Assembly: GCA_043744175.1 (NCBI GenBank)
Contig: JAYTVD010000126.1
Location: 1,136 to 65,135 of the forward strand
Length of the DNA stretch: 64,000 nucleotides
Direction of reading: 5' to 3'
Origin: Phyllobacteriaceae bacterium
GTDB taxonomy: Bacteria; Pseudomonadota; Alphaproteobacteria; Rhizobiales; Rhizobiaceae
The position numbers and the translations under genes were made by a program. The notes below the pieces were generated by a model. It was not told where the DNA came from and ran no database searches. It saw only the letters and a list, made by a program, of their open reading frames with translations. Below are positions 8,196 to 17,554 of this stretch, piece by piece. Each line of letters opens with the position of its first letter. Position 1 is the first letter of the stretch.

Positions 8196-9575
8196 TTAGT
8201 AGCGTTCAAAACCGCGATGCAGTTCCCAGTCGGTAATGCGGCGGTCATACTCAAATTGTTCCCAGCGCGCGGTGTGCAAATAATGCTCAATGGCAACATC
8301 GCCAAAGGCATCGCGCATCATTTTGCTTTTTTCCAGGAAGGTTGTCGCCTCGCGCAGGGTCTTAGGGATTTCAGTCAGCTTTTCGCCAGCATACGCATCG
8401 CCCTCAAATTGCTTGTCGAGTTTCAGCCCCTCATCAATGCCAGCCAGCCCCGCCGCAATCAGCGCTGCGAAAGCTAAATATGGGTTCAAATCCGCGCCGC
8501 CGATACGGCATTCAATGCGGATCGCTTTCGTGCCCGCACCGCAAAGGCGGAAGCCCGCCGTGCGGTTGTCATCCGACCAGATGATCTTGGTCGGCGCAAA
8601 TGTGCCCACCATAAAGCGCTTGTATGAGTTAATATAAGGCGCGAGGAAGTACGTAAAATCCTGCGCATATTTCATCTGTCCGGCCACCCACGAGCGCATC
8701 AGCGGCGTCATGCCGAACTCTTGGGTCTTATCCAAAAACAGCGATTGCTTGCCGTCTTCAGTCCATAGCGAATTGTGAATATGGCTGGAATTACCCGCAT
8801 GGTTATAATTATATTTCGCCATAAACGTGATGGACTTGCCCATCAAATCAGCAATTTCCTTGCAGCCGTTTTTCATGATGACATGGTTATCCGCCATATC
8901 CAGCGCTTCGGCGTAGCGCACGTTGATCTCTTCTTGACCCGGCCCCCACTCGCCCTTGGAATTTTCAATCGGAATGCCCGCGCCGTTCAATCCGTTGCGG
9001 ATCGCGCGCATATAAGGCTCTTCTTTGGTGGTGATGCCAATGTTGTAATCGCCGATGTAGGGCGAGGCGGTATTCAGGCCCGACCAATGCTTGGCGCGCG
9101 CCGTATCATGCGTCTCATTGAAGAGGAAAAATTCAAGTTCGGAGGCGAAGTAAGCCATCCAGCCGCGCTCTTTCAAACGGGCAACCTGCTTGCGCAAAAT
9201 CGCGCGCGGGCTGTGAGGCAAATCTTCGTGGTGGTGATGATCTTGCACATCGGCCAGCACCAGCGCGGTCTTTTCCAACCACGGAACACGGCGCAGCGTG
9301 CTCATGTCAATCTTCATCACAAAGTCGCCATAGCCCTTCGACCACGAGGCGGCCTGATAGCCGGGCACAGGCTCCATATCAATGTCATTGGCCAGCAGAT
9401 AGTTGCAGCCATGGGTCTCGTCATGAGCGCTCTCAACAAAGAACGAGGCCAAAAATCGCTTGCCAATGAGGCGGCCCTGCATGTCCACGATACATGCCAA
9501 AACGGTATCAATCTCACCGCTGGCAACATCTTGGCTCAATTGTTCAAAGCTCAAATTTCCGGCCATTTGTTCCAC
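8196..9575 (-). CDS. glutamine synthetase-family ligase (gamma-glutamyl-amine synthetase-like, PuuA/GlnT type)
   Basis: 459 aa with GS catalytic-domain motifs (ELEFFLF, KGEWGPGQEEIN, NSSHIHNSLW, DNRTAGFR). The start could instead be the ATG at 9566. Confidence 0.85.
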   Translation of the reverse strand: MEQMAGNLSFEQLSQDVASGEIDTVLACIVDMQGRLIGKRFLASFFVESAHDETHGCNYLLANDIDMEPVPGYQAASWSKGYGDFVMKIDMSTLRRVPWLEKTALVLADVQDHHHHEDLPHSPRAILRKQVARLKERGWMAYFASELEFFLFNETHDTARAKHWSGLNTASPYIGDYNIGITTKEEPYMRAIRNGLNGAGIPIENSKGEWGPGQEEINVRYAEALDMADNHVIMKNGCKEIADLMGKSITFMAKYNYNHAGNSSHIHNSLWTEDGKQSLFLDKTQEFGMTPLMRSWVAGQMKYAQDFTYFLAPYINSYKRFMVGTFAPTKIIWSDDNRTAGFRLCGAGTKAIRIECRIGGADLNPYLAFAALIAAGLAGIDEGLKLDKQFEGDAYAGEKLTEIPKTLREATTFLEKSKMMRDAFGDVAIEHYLHTARWEQFEYDRRITDWELHRGFERY

Positions 9576-9649
9576 TCACTTGTACTTGTTGTTTTTTTGA
9601 AACTGAAATGCGACCGGCTCGCACCGGCCGCATGGATTTGTCGTTTTAA

Positions 9650-11200
9650 TTAAGCCTGACCCACCGCACGTTCAGCAGCGGCAATCGCAGCCTTGCGCTT
9701 GGCAATCGCAGCCTCACCAATTGGCGGGCCTTGGAAACGACGGTTTTCAAATGCGAACCACACAACAAATGCGAGCACAATGAAGCCTGCCACCACATAA
9801 AGCACACGCTCATTGGGTGCTGCGACGGCAATGAACAGAATGACTGCCATGCCGACAACTGATAAAACAGTTACCAGTTTATAGAGGCCAGCGGACATTG
9901 CCCACGGGCCGGGATTTGGCCACTTGGCTGTTCCATAGGCGAACAGACCTGCAATCAGCGGTAGGGTGAACGAAAGGAACAAGAACACAAGCGTTGAGTT
10001 CACAACGATGACGTAGATCGAAGTTTCGCCAACCTTGATGGACATCGCCAGCAACACATAAAGAATGCTGAGTACTGTTGCCGTCCAGATCGCATTTACC
10101 GGCGTGCGGTATTTTGGCGACACAGACGACAGCGCCTTTGAAATGCCGGGAACACCATCATCGCGTGAGAACGCAAAGAGCATACGGCTGGCAGATGTTA
10201 CAGTCGCAAGACCGCACAAAAGCTGGGTAATCAAAATGCCGAGATACATAACATTTTTAATAGCTGCAGGCAGAATTGCATCCATCGTCAGATAGAACAT
10301 GTTGAAACCCTGACCCGCCGCGACAGACAGATCTGGAATGGCCAGCGTAATGGCGCAAATCATGACCCAGCCGATCAAGGATGACCAGAACACCGATGTC
10401 ACAATACCGCGTGGTACAGAAGTCGCTGCACCAACGGTTTCTTCCGCCGTGTGTGCAGACGCATCATAACCAGTGATGGTGTAAACCGGCAGCAACAGGC
10501 ACAACAGGAACAAATAGCCCATATTGTCTGACTGCGGGAACACGTTGCCACCAGCAGCGCCCGAGTAGTTTGTGAATGTCCACAAGCGCGAGATGTCGAT
10601 AGCAGGCGCGAAGTAGAGGCAGGCCACAACAAGCAGCGCCGTCGTTGCCAAAATAATGTAGCCAGACACGTCGGTCAACATCGTCGTGACCTTAATGCCG
10701 AGATGGTTGAACAAGGCTTGAATGGCAGTGATAACGGCAACGAATATCACAACCTGCGTATCAGTGCCCGTAAAGCCAAACATCGAGCCGAATGTGCCAG
10801 CGAAGAAATAGGCCGTACCAATGTTGATGGCGCCAAGAACAGTAATGAGCCCCAAAAGATTGAGCCATGCGGTTAGCCAGCCGGTGAAGCGGCCACCAAG
10901 AATGGAGCCCCAGTGATAAAGCCCGCCCGCTGTCGGGAAGGCGGAAGCAATCTGCGCCATTGCCAGCGCAAACATGCCCGAAAGCACGCAGCCAACGAGC
11001 CAGCCAATGCCCGCGCCCGCGCCGCCAACCGACGAAATCGCCTGCGCAAACGAATTGATACCACCTGACAAAATGCAGATGATTGAAAATGAAATCGCGA
11101 AGTTTGAAAACTTCGACATGCTTCGAGATAGTTCCTGGGCATAGCCCATGCCATGCAGGATTTTTATATCCTCGTCATGGTCGTGTAATTTATCAGCCAT
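9650..11200 (-). CDS. APC-family amino acid/amine permease
   Basis: About 12 hydrophobic segments. Start set at the ATG (MADKLHDHDED) preceded by GGAGGG; the ORF-track start 11290 would overlap the upstream gene. Confidence 0.85.
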   Translation of the reverse strand: MADKLHDHDEDIKILHGMGYAQELSRSMSKFSNFAISFSIICILSGGINSFAQAISSVGGAGAGIGWLVGCVLSGMFALAMAQIASAFPTAGGLYHWGSILGGRFTGWLTAWLNLLGLITVLGAINIGTAYFFAGTFGSMFGFTGTDTQVVIFVAVITAIQALFNHLGIKVTTMLTDVSGYIILATTALLVVACLYFAPAIDISRLWTFTNYSGAAGGNVFPQSDNMGYLFLLCLLLPVYTITGYDASAHTAEETVGAATSVPRGIVTSVFWSSLIGWVMICAITLAIPDLSVAAGQGFNMFYLTMDAILPAAIKNVMYLGILITQLLCGLATVTSASRMLFAFSRDDGVPGISKALSSVSPKYRTPVNAIWTATVLSILYVLLAMSIKVGETSIYVIVVNSTLVFLFLSFTLPLIAGLFAYGTAKWPNPGPWAMSAGLYKLVTVLSVVGMAVILFIAVAAPNERVLYVVAGFIVLAFVVWFAFENRRFQGPPIGEAAIAKRKAAIAAAERAVGQA

Positions 11201-11258
11201 TTCTAGTTCCCTCCGAACGTTGACGTTCACCCTTTTAGTTTCTTTTTGCGTTGACCTA

Positions 11259-12071
11259 TCAAGCCTGAGCTCGAAACGCCCCCGCCGCATTCAACTCCTT
11301 GAATCCCGCGTCGGCAACCTTTGAAAGCAGATTGCCCCATTTTATTTGCTCTTGAGGAGTTGTAATTTCATCATTCCTGACTTCGATCATAACCGCAGGT
11401 AGCCCGCGAGAACGTGCGTGCCGTGTCAGCGTGAAATAGACGCGATCTTCAGGAGAATAAGGCTCGTTGACGCCAACAGTGTATCCCGTCTGAGCGCGAA
11501 TTTGCATCACCATCGAAAGCGCCCATTGCGACGCTTCATCATGGATGATCCCAATTTCCCAAGGCCGCGAAACGCCGCGATAGGTGGGGTTAAAACTATG
11601 CACCGCGATAAAGCCCGGCTGCTGGCCTTTGGCAATTTTCGCCTCAGTTACGCCCTCAATTGCATCATGAAACGGATCATAAAACCGCCTGATACGCCCT
11701 GCCCGCTGCACATCCGTCAAACCAATATTGCCGAGAATATCCGTGCTCTCGCTTTTCTGTGCAATCAAATCATGCGCATCCAACGGACGGTTACAATCAA
11801 TCAACAGCCGCGAAGCGTTCGAGCGCACCAGCGGCGCATCGAGATTTTTGGACATCACTTGCGAAACGGCGAGAGCGCCGGGATCCCACGCAATATGACG
11901 CTGAAGATCACTATGGCTGAGGCCAAGTCCGTTAAATTCATCCGGCATAAAATTGGAAGCATGGTCACAGACAATCACAAACACGCCCTGCCCGTCACGG
12001 TTATCAACCGAAACGGCGGCGTCAAAATGCGGAACATCCCGCTTTGCAGCGCTTGCTATTCCCAATTTCAT
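11259..12071 (-). CDS. N-formylglutamate amidohydrolase-family hydrolase
   Basis: 270 aa. VIVCDHASNFMP and HSF..NPTYRG motifs are typical of the FGase family. Confidence 0.75.
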   Translation of the reverse strand: MKLGIASAAKRDVPHFDAAVSVDNRDGQGVFVIVCDHASNFMPDEFNGLGLSHSDLQRHIAWDPGALAVSQVMSKNLDAPLVRSNASRLLIDCNRPLDAHDLIAQKSESTDILGNIGLTDVQRAGRIRRFYDPFHDAIEGVTEAKIAKGQQPGFIAVHSFNPTYRGVSRPWEIGIIHDEASQWALSMVMQIRAQTGYTVGVNEPYSPEDRVYFTLTRHARSRGLPAVMIEVRNDEITTPQEQIKWGNLLSKVADAGFKELNAAGAFRAQA

Positions 12072-12153
12072 CCCTCAAAGCCCAATGTATCGTATGAAAC
12101 GAATTTTATTTTTATTTGCTTGTTTGTATGATTTGATACGTAAAATTTTAACC

Positions 12154-12165
12154 TGTCAATTGACA
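12154..12165. promoter_or_regulatory. perfect 12-bp palindrome TGTCAATTGACA in the divergent promoter region
   Basis: Read directly. It lies between the FGase-like gene start (12071) and the RpiR gene start (12213) and is a candidate operator. Confidence 0.35.
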
Positions 12166-12212
12166 TTTTCTAAATTCTGTTTCCCCTTAGAAAGGTTATA
12201 GACGGGGACGAT

Positions 12213-13049
12213 ATGACCGACAGCATTTCCGAACGCATCAGCTATGCGATTGATGGCCTGCCTGCCGGCGAGCGTCGCGCGGCGCAAACGCTGGTGGCGG
12301 AATATCCGCTGATAGGCCTTAAAACCGTGGCCGAATTTGCCACCCGCGCCGCTGTCAGCTCGCCCACCATCCTGCGCTTTATCAGCCGCCTTGGCTTTCA
12401 AAACTACGCCGAATTTCAGTCGGTTTTGCAGGCCGAGGTGATGGAGCAATTGCAATCGCCGCTGGCCCGCTCCACCCGTCCGTCCACGGTGGGCAAGGGC
12501 GAATTTGCCGAAGGTTTTGTCGATGCCGTCATTGAAAATATCAGCGAAACATTCCGCCATAACAGCGATGCCGACCTCAACCGCCTCTCTGCCTTGCTCG
12601 GCGATACGCGGCTGAACCTTCATCTTATCGGGGGCAATTTCACCGACCATATCGCCAACTTTATGGCCGCGCATTTGCGCGTTATCCGCAAAAGCGTCAG
12701 CCATATTTCCGGACAAGAGGCTAATTGGCGCGACCAGTTGGTGGATATGGGCAAGCGTGATGTACTGGTGATTTTCGACATCCGCCGCTATCAAGACAGC
12801 TTGATAACCTTTGCCACACAAGCCGCCGAACGCGGTGTGACAATCGTCTTGTTCACCGATCAATGGCTCTCTCCCATCGCCCGCGTTGCCAAACACGTCA
12901 TCACCGCCCGCACCGCCGTTCCTTCCGCCTGGGACTCCGCCTCCGGCCTCTTGGCCCTCGTCGAAGCCATCATTTCCCGCATGACCACCGAAGGTGGCAG
13001 CGAAGCCGCCGCCCGTATCGCGACAAGAGAAAAACTGCGCAGGAGATAG
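12213..13049 (+). CDS. RpiR-family transcriptional regulator (HTH_6 plus SIS domain)
   Basis: 278 aa. The N-terminal HTH is followed by the SIS pattern (IGGNFTDHIANFMAAHL ... VLVIFDIRRY). Confidence 0.85.
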   Translation: MTDSISERISYAIDGLPAGERRAAQTLVAEYPLIGLKTVAEFATRAAVSSPTILRFISRLGFQNYAEFQSVLQAEVMEQLQSPLARSTRPSTVGKGEFAEGFVDAVIENISETFRHNSDADLNRLSALLGDTRLNLHLIGGNFTDHIANFMAAHLRVIRKSVSHISGQEANWRDQLVDMGKRDVLVIFDIRRYQDSLITFATQAAERGVTIVLFTDQWLSPIARVAKHVITARTAVPSAWDSASGLLALVEAIISRMTTEGGSEAAARIATREKLRRR

Positions 13050-13075
13050 CTCCCCCTTTTAATTAGCTTCGCCCC

Positions 13076-13193
13076 AAAAATTCGTGATGATGAGTCAAAT
13101 AGCGTGGATGTTCGAGAACCGGAGCGGAGCGTACTTAAGTACGTGAGCACCGGAAGCACAGAACACCCGCGCTAGTTGGCCATCAGCGCGGAT
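13076..13193. repeat. 118-bp long-palindrome intergenic repeat, copy A
   Basis: Shares an identical 44-nt core, GAGAACCGGAGCGGAGCGTACTTAAGTACGTGAGCACCGGAAGC, with copy B, and the flanks align along the whole length. The left and right halves are imperfect reverse complements. It lies between convergent gene ends. Confidence 0.85.
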
Positions 13194-13195
13194 AT

Positions 13196-14623
13196 TCAAG
13201 AGTGTTTCACCATCACGTGTCTGACGGCGGTGTAATCCTCCAACGCATAGAGCGACATATCCTTGCCGTAGCCGGACTGCTTGAAGCCGCCATGCGGCAT
13301 TTCATTGACCAGCATGAAATGCGTATTGACCCAAGTGCAGCCATAGCGAAGCTGGGCAGCAGCAGACATGCCACGTGTCACATCCTTGGTCCAGACTGAT
13401 GATGCCAGCCCGTAGTCGCTGTCGTTCGCCCACGCAATCGGGTCGTCTTTTTCCGTAAAGCGCGTGATGGAAACCACAGGGCCAAACACTTCGCGGCGCA
13501 CGATTTCATCGGATTGCAATGCGCCAGCTACGACAGTCGGCTCATAGTAGAACCCGCCGCCGCCAACCTGCTTGCCGCCCGTTGCGATGGAAATGTGCTT
13601 CATTTCAGAAGCCCGCTCAACGAACGAAGACACGCGGTCGCGCTGACGGCCGGAGATGAGCGGTCCGATTTCGTTGGTCGCATCGTCTTCCTGATTGAAG
13701 GCAATGGTGGAGACGGCTGATGACAAATCCGCCACCAATCTATCATAGATTTTCGCGCCCGCATAAATGCGGCAAGCGGCAGTACAGTCCTGCCCCGCAT
13801 TGTAAAAACCGAACGCACGAAGGCCCGAAACCACCTCGTCCAAATCCGCATCATCATAGACGATAACTGGCGCTTTACCGCCCAGTTCCAAGTGCGTGCG
13901 CTTGACGCTTTTGGCTGCCGCTTCCAGCACTTTTTTGCCCGTCGCCACATCGCCGGTGATGGAAATCATATTGATACCGGGATGGTTGATAAGCGTGTTG
14001 CCAACACTATGCCCGCGACCCAGCACGACATTGACCACGCCTTCAGGCAAAATATCAGCCATCAGCCGCGCCATCTTTAATGCCGTCAGCGGTGTCTGTT
14101 CGGATGGTTTGAACACCACGGTGTTGCCGCCGGCAATGGCAGGTGCCAGCTTCCAAGCCATCATCATCAGCGGATAATTCCACGGCGCGATGGAGCCAAC
14201 AATGCCGATTGGGTCGCGGCGGATCATCGAGGTGTGGCCAGCCAAATATTCACCTGCCGCCTGCCCCGGCATACAGCGCACTGCGCCCGCAAAGAAACGA
14301 TAGCAATCGACAATGGCCGGAATTTCATCATTCAAAACCGCGTTAATCGGCTTACCGCAATTCAGCGCTTCCAGCTTCGCCAGCTCTTCCGCATTCGCCT
14401 CAATGGCATCGGCAATCTTCAGCAAGTAGCCGGAGCGCTGCCCCGGCGTGGTGCGCGACCATGTTGTGAACGCCCGCTCCGCCGCCTTCACCGCCGCATT
14501 GATTTGCGCTTCAGACGCTTCCGGCAATTCCAATATCAGCTTGCCCGTGCGCGGGTTCAGCACCTGCTCGGCCGTCTCTGTTCCGGCTTCAAACTTCGAG
14601 CCGATCAGCATGTGAGTGTCCAT
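13196..14623 (-). CDS. patD: gamma-aminobutyraldehyde dehydrogenase-like aldehyde dehydrogenase (PatD/YdcW family)
   Basis: N-terminus [44 protein letters not shown] ... LEALNCGKP closely parallels E. coli PatD as I remember it. Start set at the ATG preceded by GGAGGA. It is the last gene of a ydcSTUV-like operon. Confidence 0.8.
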   Translation of the reverse strand: MDTHMLIGSKFEAGTETAEQVLNPRTGKLILELPEASEAQINAAVKAAERAFTTWSRTTPGQRSGYLLKIADAIEANAEELAKLEALNCGKPINAVLNDEIPAIVDCYRFFAGAVRCMPGQAAGEYLAGHTSMIRRDPIGIVGSIAPWNYPLMMMAWKLAPAIAGGNTVVFKPSEQTPLTALKMARLMADILPEGVVNVVLGRGHSVGNTLINHPGINMISITGDVATGKKVLEAAAKSVKRTHLELGGKAPVIVYDDADLDEVVSGLRAFGFYNAGQDCTAACRIYAGAKIYDRLVADLSSAVSTIAFNQEDDATNEIGPLISGRQRDRVSSFVERASEMKHISIATGGKQVGGGGFYYEPTVVAGALQSDEIVRREVFGPVVSITRFTEKDDPIAWANDSDYGLASSVWTKDVTRGMSAAAQLRYGCTWVNTHFMLVNEMPHGGFKQSGYGKDMSLYALEDYTAVRHVMVKHS

Positions 14624-14650
14624 TTTATCCTCCAACTTTCAAAACTATTC

Positions 14651-15469
14651 TTACTTGCCTTGGCCCGCCACCTGATCGCCGCCTTGCGTCAGATAATAGG
14701 CGGCCAAAATCGGAATGAGCGTTACCAGCACAACAAATATCGCCACCACATTTGTTACTGGACGTTGGCGCGGGCGGATCAATTCTTCCAGCATCCAAAT
14801 CGGTAGCGTCTGCTGCTGTCCGGCGGTGAAAGTCGTCACAATCACCTCATCAAACGATAGCGCGAAAGCCAGCATACCGCCTGCCAAAAGCGCGGTGGAT
14901 ATATTGGGCAGCACAACATAGCGGAACGTTTGAAACCCATCCGCGCCAAGGTCCATAGAGGCTTCAATGAGCGAGCCCGACACACGGCGAAACCGCGCCA
15001 CAGCATTGTTGTAAACCACCACGATACAGAAAGTGGCATGGCCCAAAATGATGGTCCAGAATGAAAACGGAATATCCATCAAGCCAAAGGCCGCTCGCAG
15101 AGAAATACCCGTAATAATGCCGGGCAAGGCGATGGGCAGAATGACCAAAAGCGAGATTGCCTCTCTTCCGAAGAATTTAGAGCGAGACACAGCGGCAGCC
15201 GTCATGGTGCCGAATATCAGCGCCAAAAACGTCGAAATGCTCGCCACTTTGACCGACAGCGCCAGCGCCTCGCGCACATCCGGCCGGTTCCAGGCAATAC
15301 CAAACCATTGCAGCGTATAGCCGGGTGGTGGGAAGGCGTAGCTCTTTTCTTCGCTCGTAAAGGCATAAAGAAAAATCAGCAGTATCGGCACATGCAAGAA
15401 AAGCAAACCGCCAGCCGCGGCCAGTTTTAACCCAAAGGAGGCTCTTTCGCCTTTATCAGAGCGCATCAA
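14651..15469 (-). CDS. ABC transporter permease (PotC/YdcV-like)
   Basis: 272 aa, six hydrophobic segments, and an EAS-DLGA-type permease loop ([20 protein letters not shown]). Confidence 0.85.
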   Translation of the reverse strand: MMRSDKGERASFGLKLAAAGGLLFLHVPILLIFLYAFTSEEKSYAFPPPGYTLQWFGIAWNRPDVREALALSVKVASISTFLALIFGTMTAAAVSRSKFFGREAISLLVILPIALPGIITGISLRAAFGLMDIPFSFWTIILGHATFCIVVVYNNAVARFRRVSGSLIEASMDLGADGFQTFRYVVLPNISTALLAGGMLAFALSFDEVIVTTFTAGQQQTLPIWMLEELIRPRQRPVTNVVAIFVVLVTLIPILAAYYLTQGGDQVAGQGK

Positions 15470-16397
15470 AAGCTCCCATTTTGCGGGCGAGCGTGAGGTA
15501 AATCACCATAATGACAACGGGCACGACCGTGAGCGCCGCAGCCAGCGGAATGTTGCCCGCCGTGCCCTGCTGTGCATAGACCGCCTGCCCGATGAACAGC
15601 CGCGACGAGCCGATGATTTGCGGGATAATGTAATCGCCTAAGGTTAGCGAAAACGTGAAAATCGACCCCGCCACAATGCCCGGAAACGCCAGCGGGAAGA
15701 TCACTTTGCGAAATGTTTGATGGGGCAAAGCGCCAAGATCGCTTGAGGCCTCAATGAGGTTAGACGGCACGCGCTCCAGCGAGGCTTGCACCGGCAAAAT
15801 CATAAACGGCAGCCAGACATAGAGGAATACAAGAAACGTGCCGATATAGCTGACCGACAGCGAATTGCCGCCAATCGTGGGGATAGACAAAAGTGCATCC
15901 AGAAGAAAGGTTAGATGCAGCTTGGCAAAAATCCATGTCAAAATACCCTCTTTGGCGAGGATCAATTTCCACGAATAAACCTTCACCAAATAGCTTGACC
16001 ACAGCGGCATCATCACGCCGAGATAAAACAACGCCTTCCATTTGCCCTTGGCATAACGCGCGGCATAATAGGCAATCGGGAAAGCGACAATCGCCGCGGC
16101 AACAGTCACAATTGCCGCCATCGTCAGCGTGCGCACAATGATGTCGAGATTGGTCGGCGTGAACAATTCGCCGTAGGTTTTCAGCGTGAATTCCGGCACC
16201 ACCACGCCCGACATTTCATCCACAGAGAAAAAGCTCTGTACCAGAAGCGCCAGCAGCGAGCCGACATAAACCACGCCTAGCCACAGCAGTGGCGGCAATA
16301 AAAGCACGGCCAGTAACAAGTTCGGCTGCCGCCAAAAGCGGTCAGCGACGCGCGCCCTAAGACCAGTTGCTTGGCTGGATGCCGTTGCGATACTCAT
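15456..16397 (-). CDS. ABC transporter permease (PotB/YdcU-like)
   Basis: 313 aa with the loop [20 protein letters not shown]. Overlaps both neighbouring genes. Confidence 0.85.
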   Translation of the reverse strand: MSIATASSQATGLRARVADRFWRQPNLLLAVLLLPPLLWLGVVYVGSLLALLVQSFFSVDEMSGVVVPEFTLKTYGELFTPTNLDIIVRTLTMAAIVTVAAAIVAFPIAYYAARYAKGKWKALFYLGVMMPLWSSYLVKVYSWKLILAKEGILTWIFAKLHLTFLLDALLSIPTIGGNSLSVSYIGTFLVFLYVWLPFMILPVQASLERVPSNLIEASSDLGALPHQTFRKVIFPLAFPGIVAGSIFTFSLTLGDYIIPQIIGSSRLFIGQAVYAQQGTAGNIPLAAALTVVPVVIMVIYLTLARKMGAFDAL

Positions 16398-17395
16398 ACC
16401 GCATCCTCAAGAAAATGCAGATCACTGCGATGAAACGCGAGGCGAACGCGCGTACCAATTTCCGGTATAACAACACCGGCATCAAGCACACCGGCGATGC
16501 GCTGCCCGCTGGCTTCCGTTACAAAGCGCGTGGTGGAACCAAGATAATGCGCGGCAACAAGTGTGGCTTCCAAGCCGTCTTTGGTGCTCTTGCCAGCAAG
16601 GCTAACCTGTTCGGGACGAAGGCTTGCCCAGCGTCGTTGACCACAAATCCGCGCTGTCAAATCCGGAGCTATAATATTGGAAGACCCGACAAAGTCCGCG
16701 ACAAATTTGGTGCGGGGCTTGCCATAGACTTCCGCCGGGCTGCCCGCCTGCACGATCTTGCCTTCGCTAAACACAGCGACCCTGTCCGCCATAGACAGCG
16801 CTTCGCCCTGATCATGGGTGACGAAAATAAACGTAATACCGAGCGCCTTTTGCAAGCTCTTCAGCTCTTCCTGCATTTGCTCACGCAGCTTCAAATCCAG
16901 CGCACCAAGCGGCTCGTCAAGGAGAAGAACCCGTGGCTTGTTAACAAGCGCACGGGCAAGAGCGACGCGTTGGCGCTGGCCACCGGATAGCTGCGCTGGG
17001 GTGCGCATACCATAACCCGGGAGTTTGACCATGGCTAACGTGTCTTCTGCCGCCTTGAGACGGTCTCCTTTGTTGACGCCTTTGACCATAAGGCCATAGG
17101 CGACATTCTCCAAGACTGTGAGATGGGGGAACAGCGCATAGTCCTGGAAAACCGTATTCACATTGCGGCGATAGGGCGGGACACCCTCTGCCCGCTCGCC
17201 AAATATTTCGATGCTGCCGGATGTTGGCTGTTCAAACCCGGCGATAAGGCGAAGACAGGTGGTTTTGCCCGAACCCGAAGGCCCAAGCATAGCAAAAAAC
17301 TCGCCCTCCGCGATCTCCAAATCGACAGCATCTACCGCGCGCACGACACCATAATGGCGCGAAACAGACGCGAATTTCACAGCAATAGTCATCAA
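16394..17395 (-). CDS. ABC transporter ATP-binding protein (PotA/YdcT-like)
   Basis: Walker A GPSGSGKTT, signature LSGGQRQRVALARAL, Walker B LLLDEPLGALD. Confidence 0.9.
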   Translation of the reverse strand: MMTIAVKFASVSRHYGVVRAVDAVDLEIAEGEFFAMLGPSGSGKTTCLRLIAGFEQPTSGSIEIFGERAEGVPPYRRNVNTVFQDYALFPHLTVLENVAYGLMVKGVNKGDRLKAAEDTLAMVKLPGYGMRTPAQLSGGQRQRVALARALVNKPRVLLLDEPLGALDLKLREQMQEELKSLQKALGITFIFVTHDQGEALSMADRVAVFSEGKIVQAGSPAEVYGKPRTKFVADFVGSSNIIAPDLTARICGQRRWASLRPEQVSLAGKSTKDGLEATLVAAHYLGSTTRFVTEASGQRIAGVLDAGVVIPEIGTRVRLAFHRSDLHFLEDAV

Positions 17396-17435
17396 ATATT
17401 CCTCAATGGCAGCGGCAACTTAGCGCCGCCGCTGC

Positions 17436-17553
17436 AAAAATTCGGGATGCTGAGTCAAATAGTGTGGTCGTTTGAGAACCGGAGCGGAGCGTACTTAAGT
17501 ACGTGAGCACCGGAAGCGCAAAACGACCGCGCTAGTTGGCCAGCAGCACGGAT
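17436..17553. repeat. 118-bp long-palindrome repeat, copy B (intercistronic)
   Basis: Same family as 13076..13193. It fills the gap between the binding-protein stop (17555) and the ATPase start (17395). Confidence 0.85.
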
Positions 17554-17554
17554 T

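Noticed and set aside
8775-9653. 292-aa plus-strand ORF
   Set aside because: Antisense to the glutamine-synthetase-family gene, with no motifs of its own.
12156-12896. 246-aa minus-strand ORF
   Set aside because: Antisense to the RpiR regulator gene, whose HTH and SIS patterns are clear.
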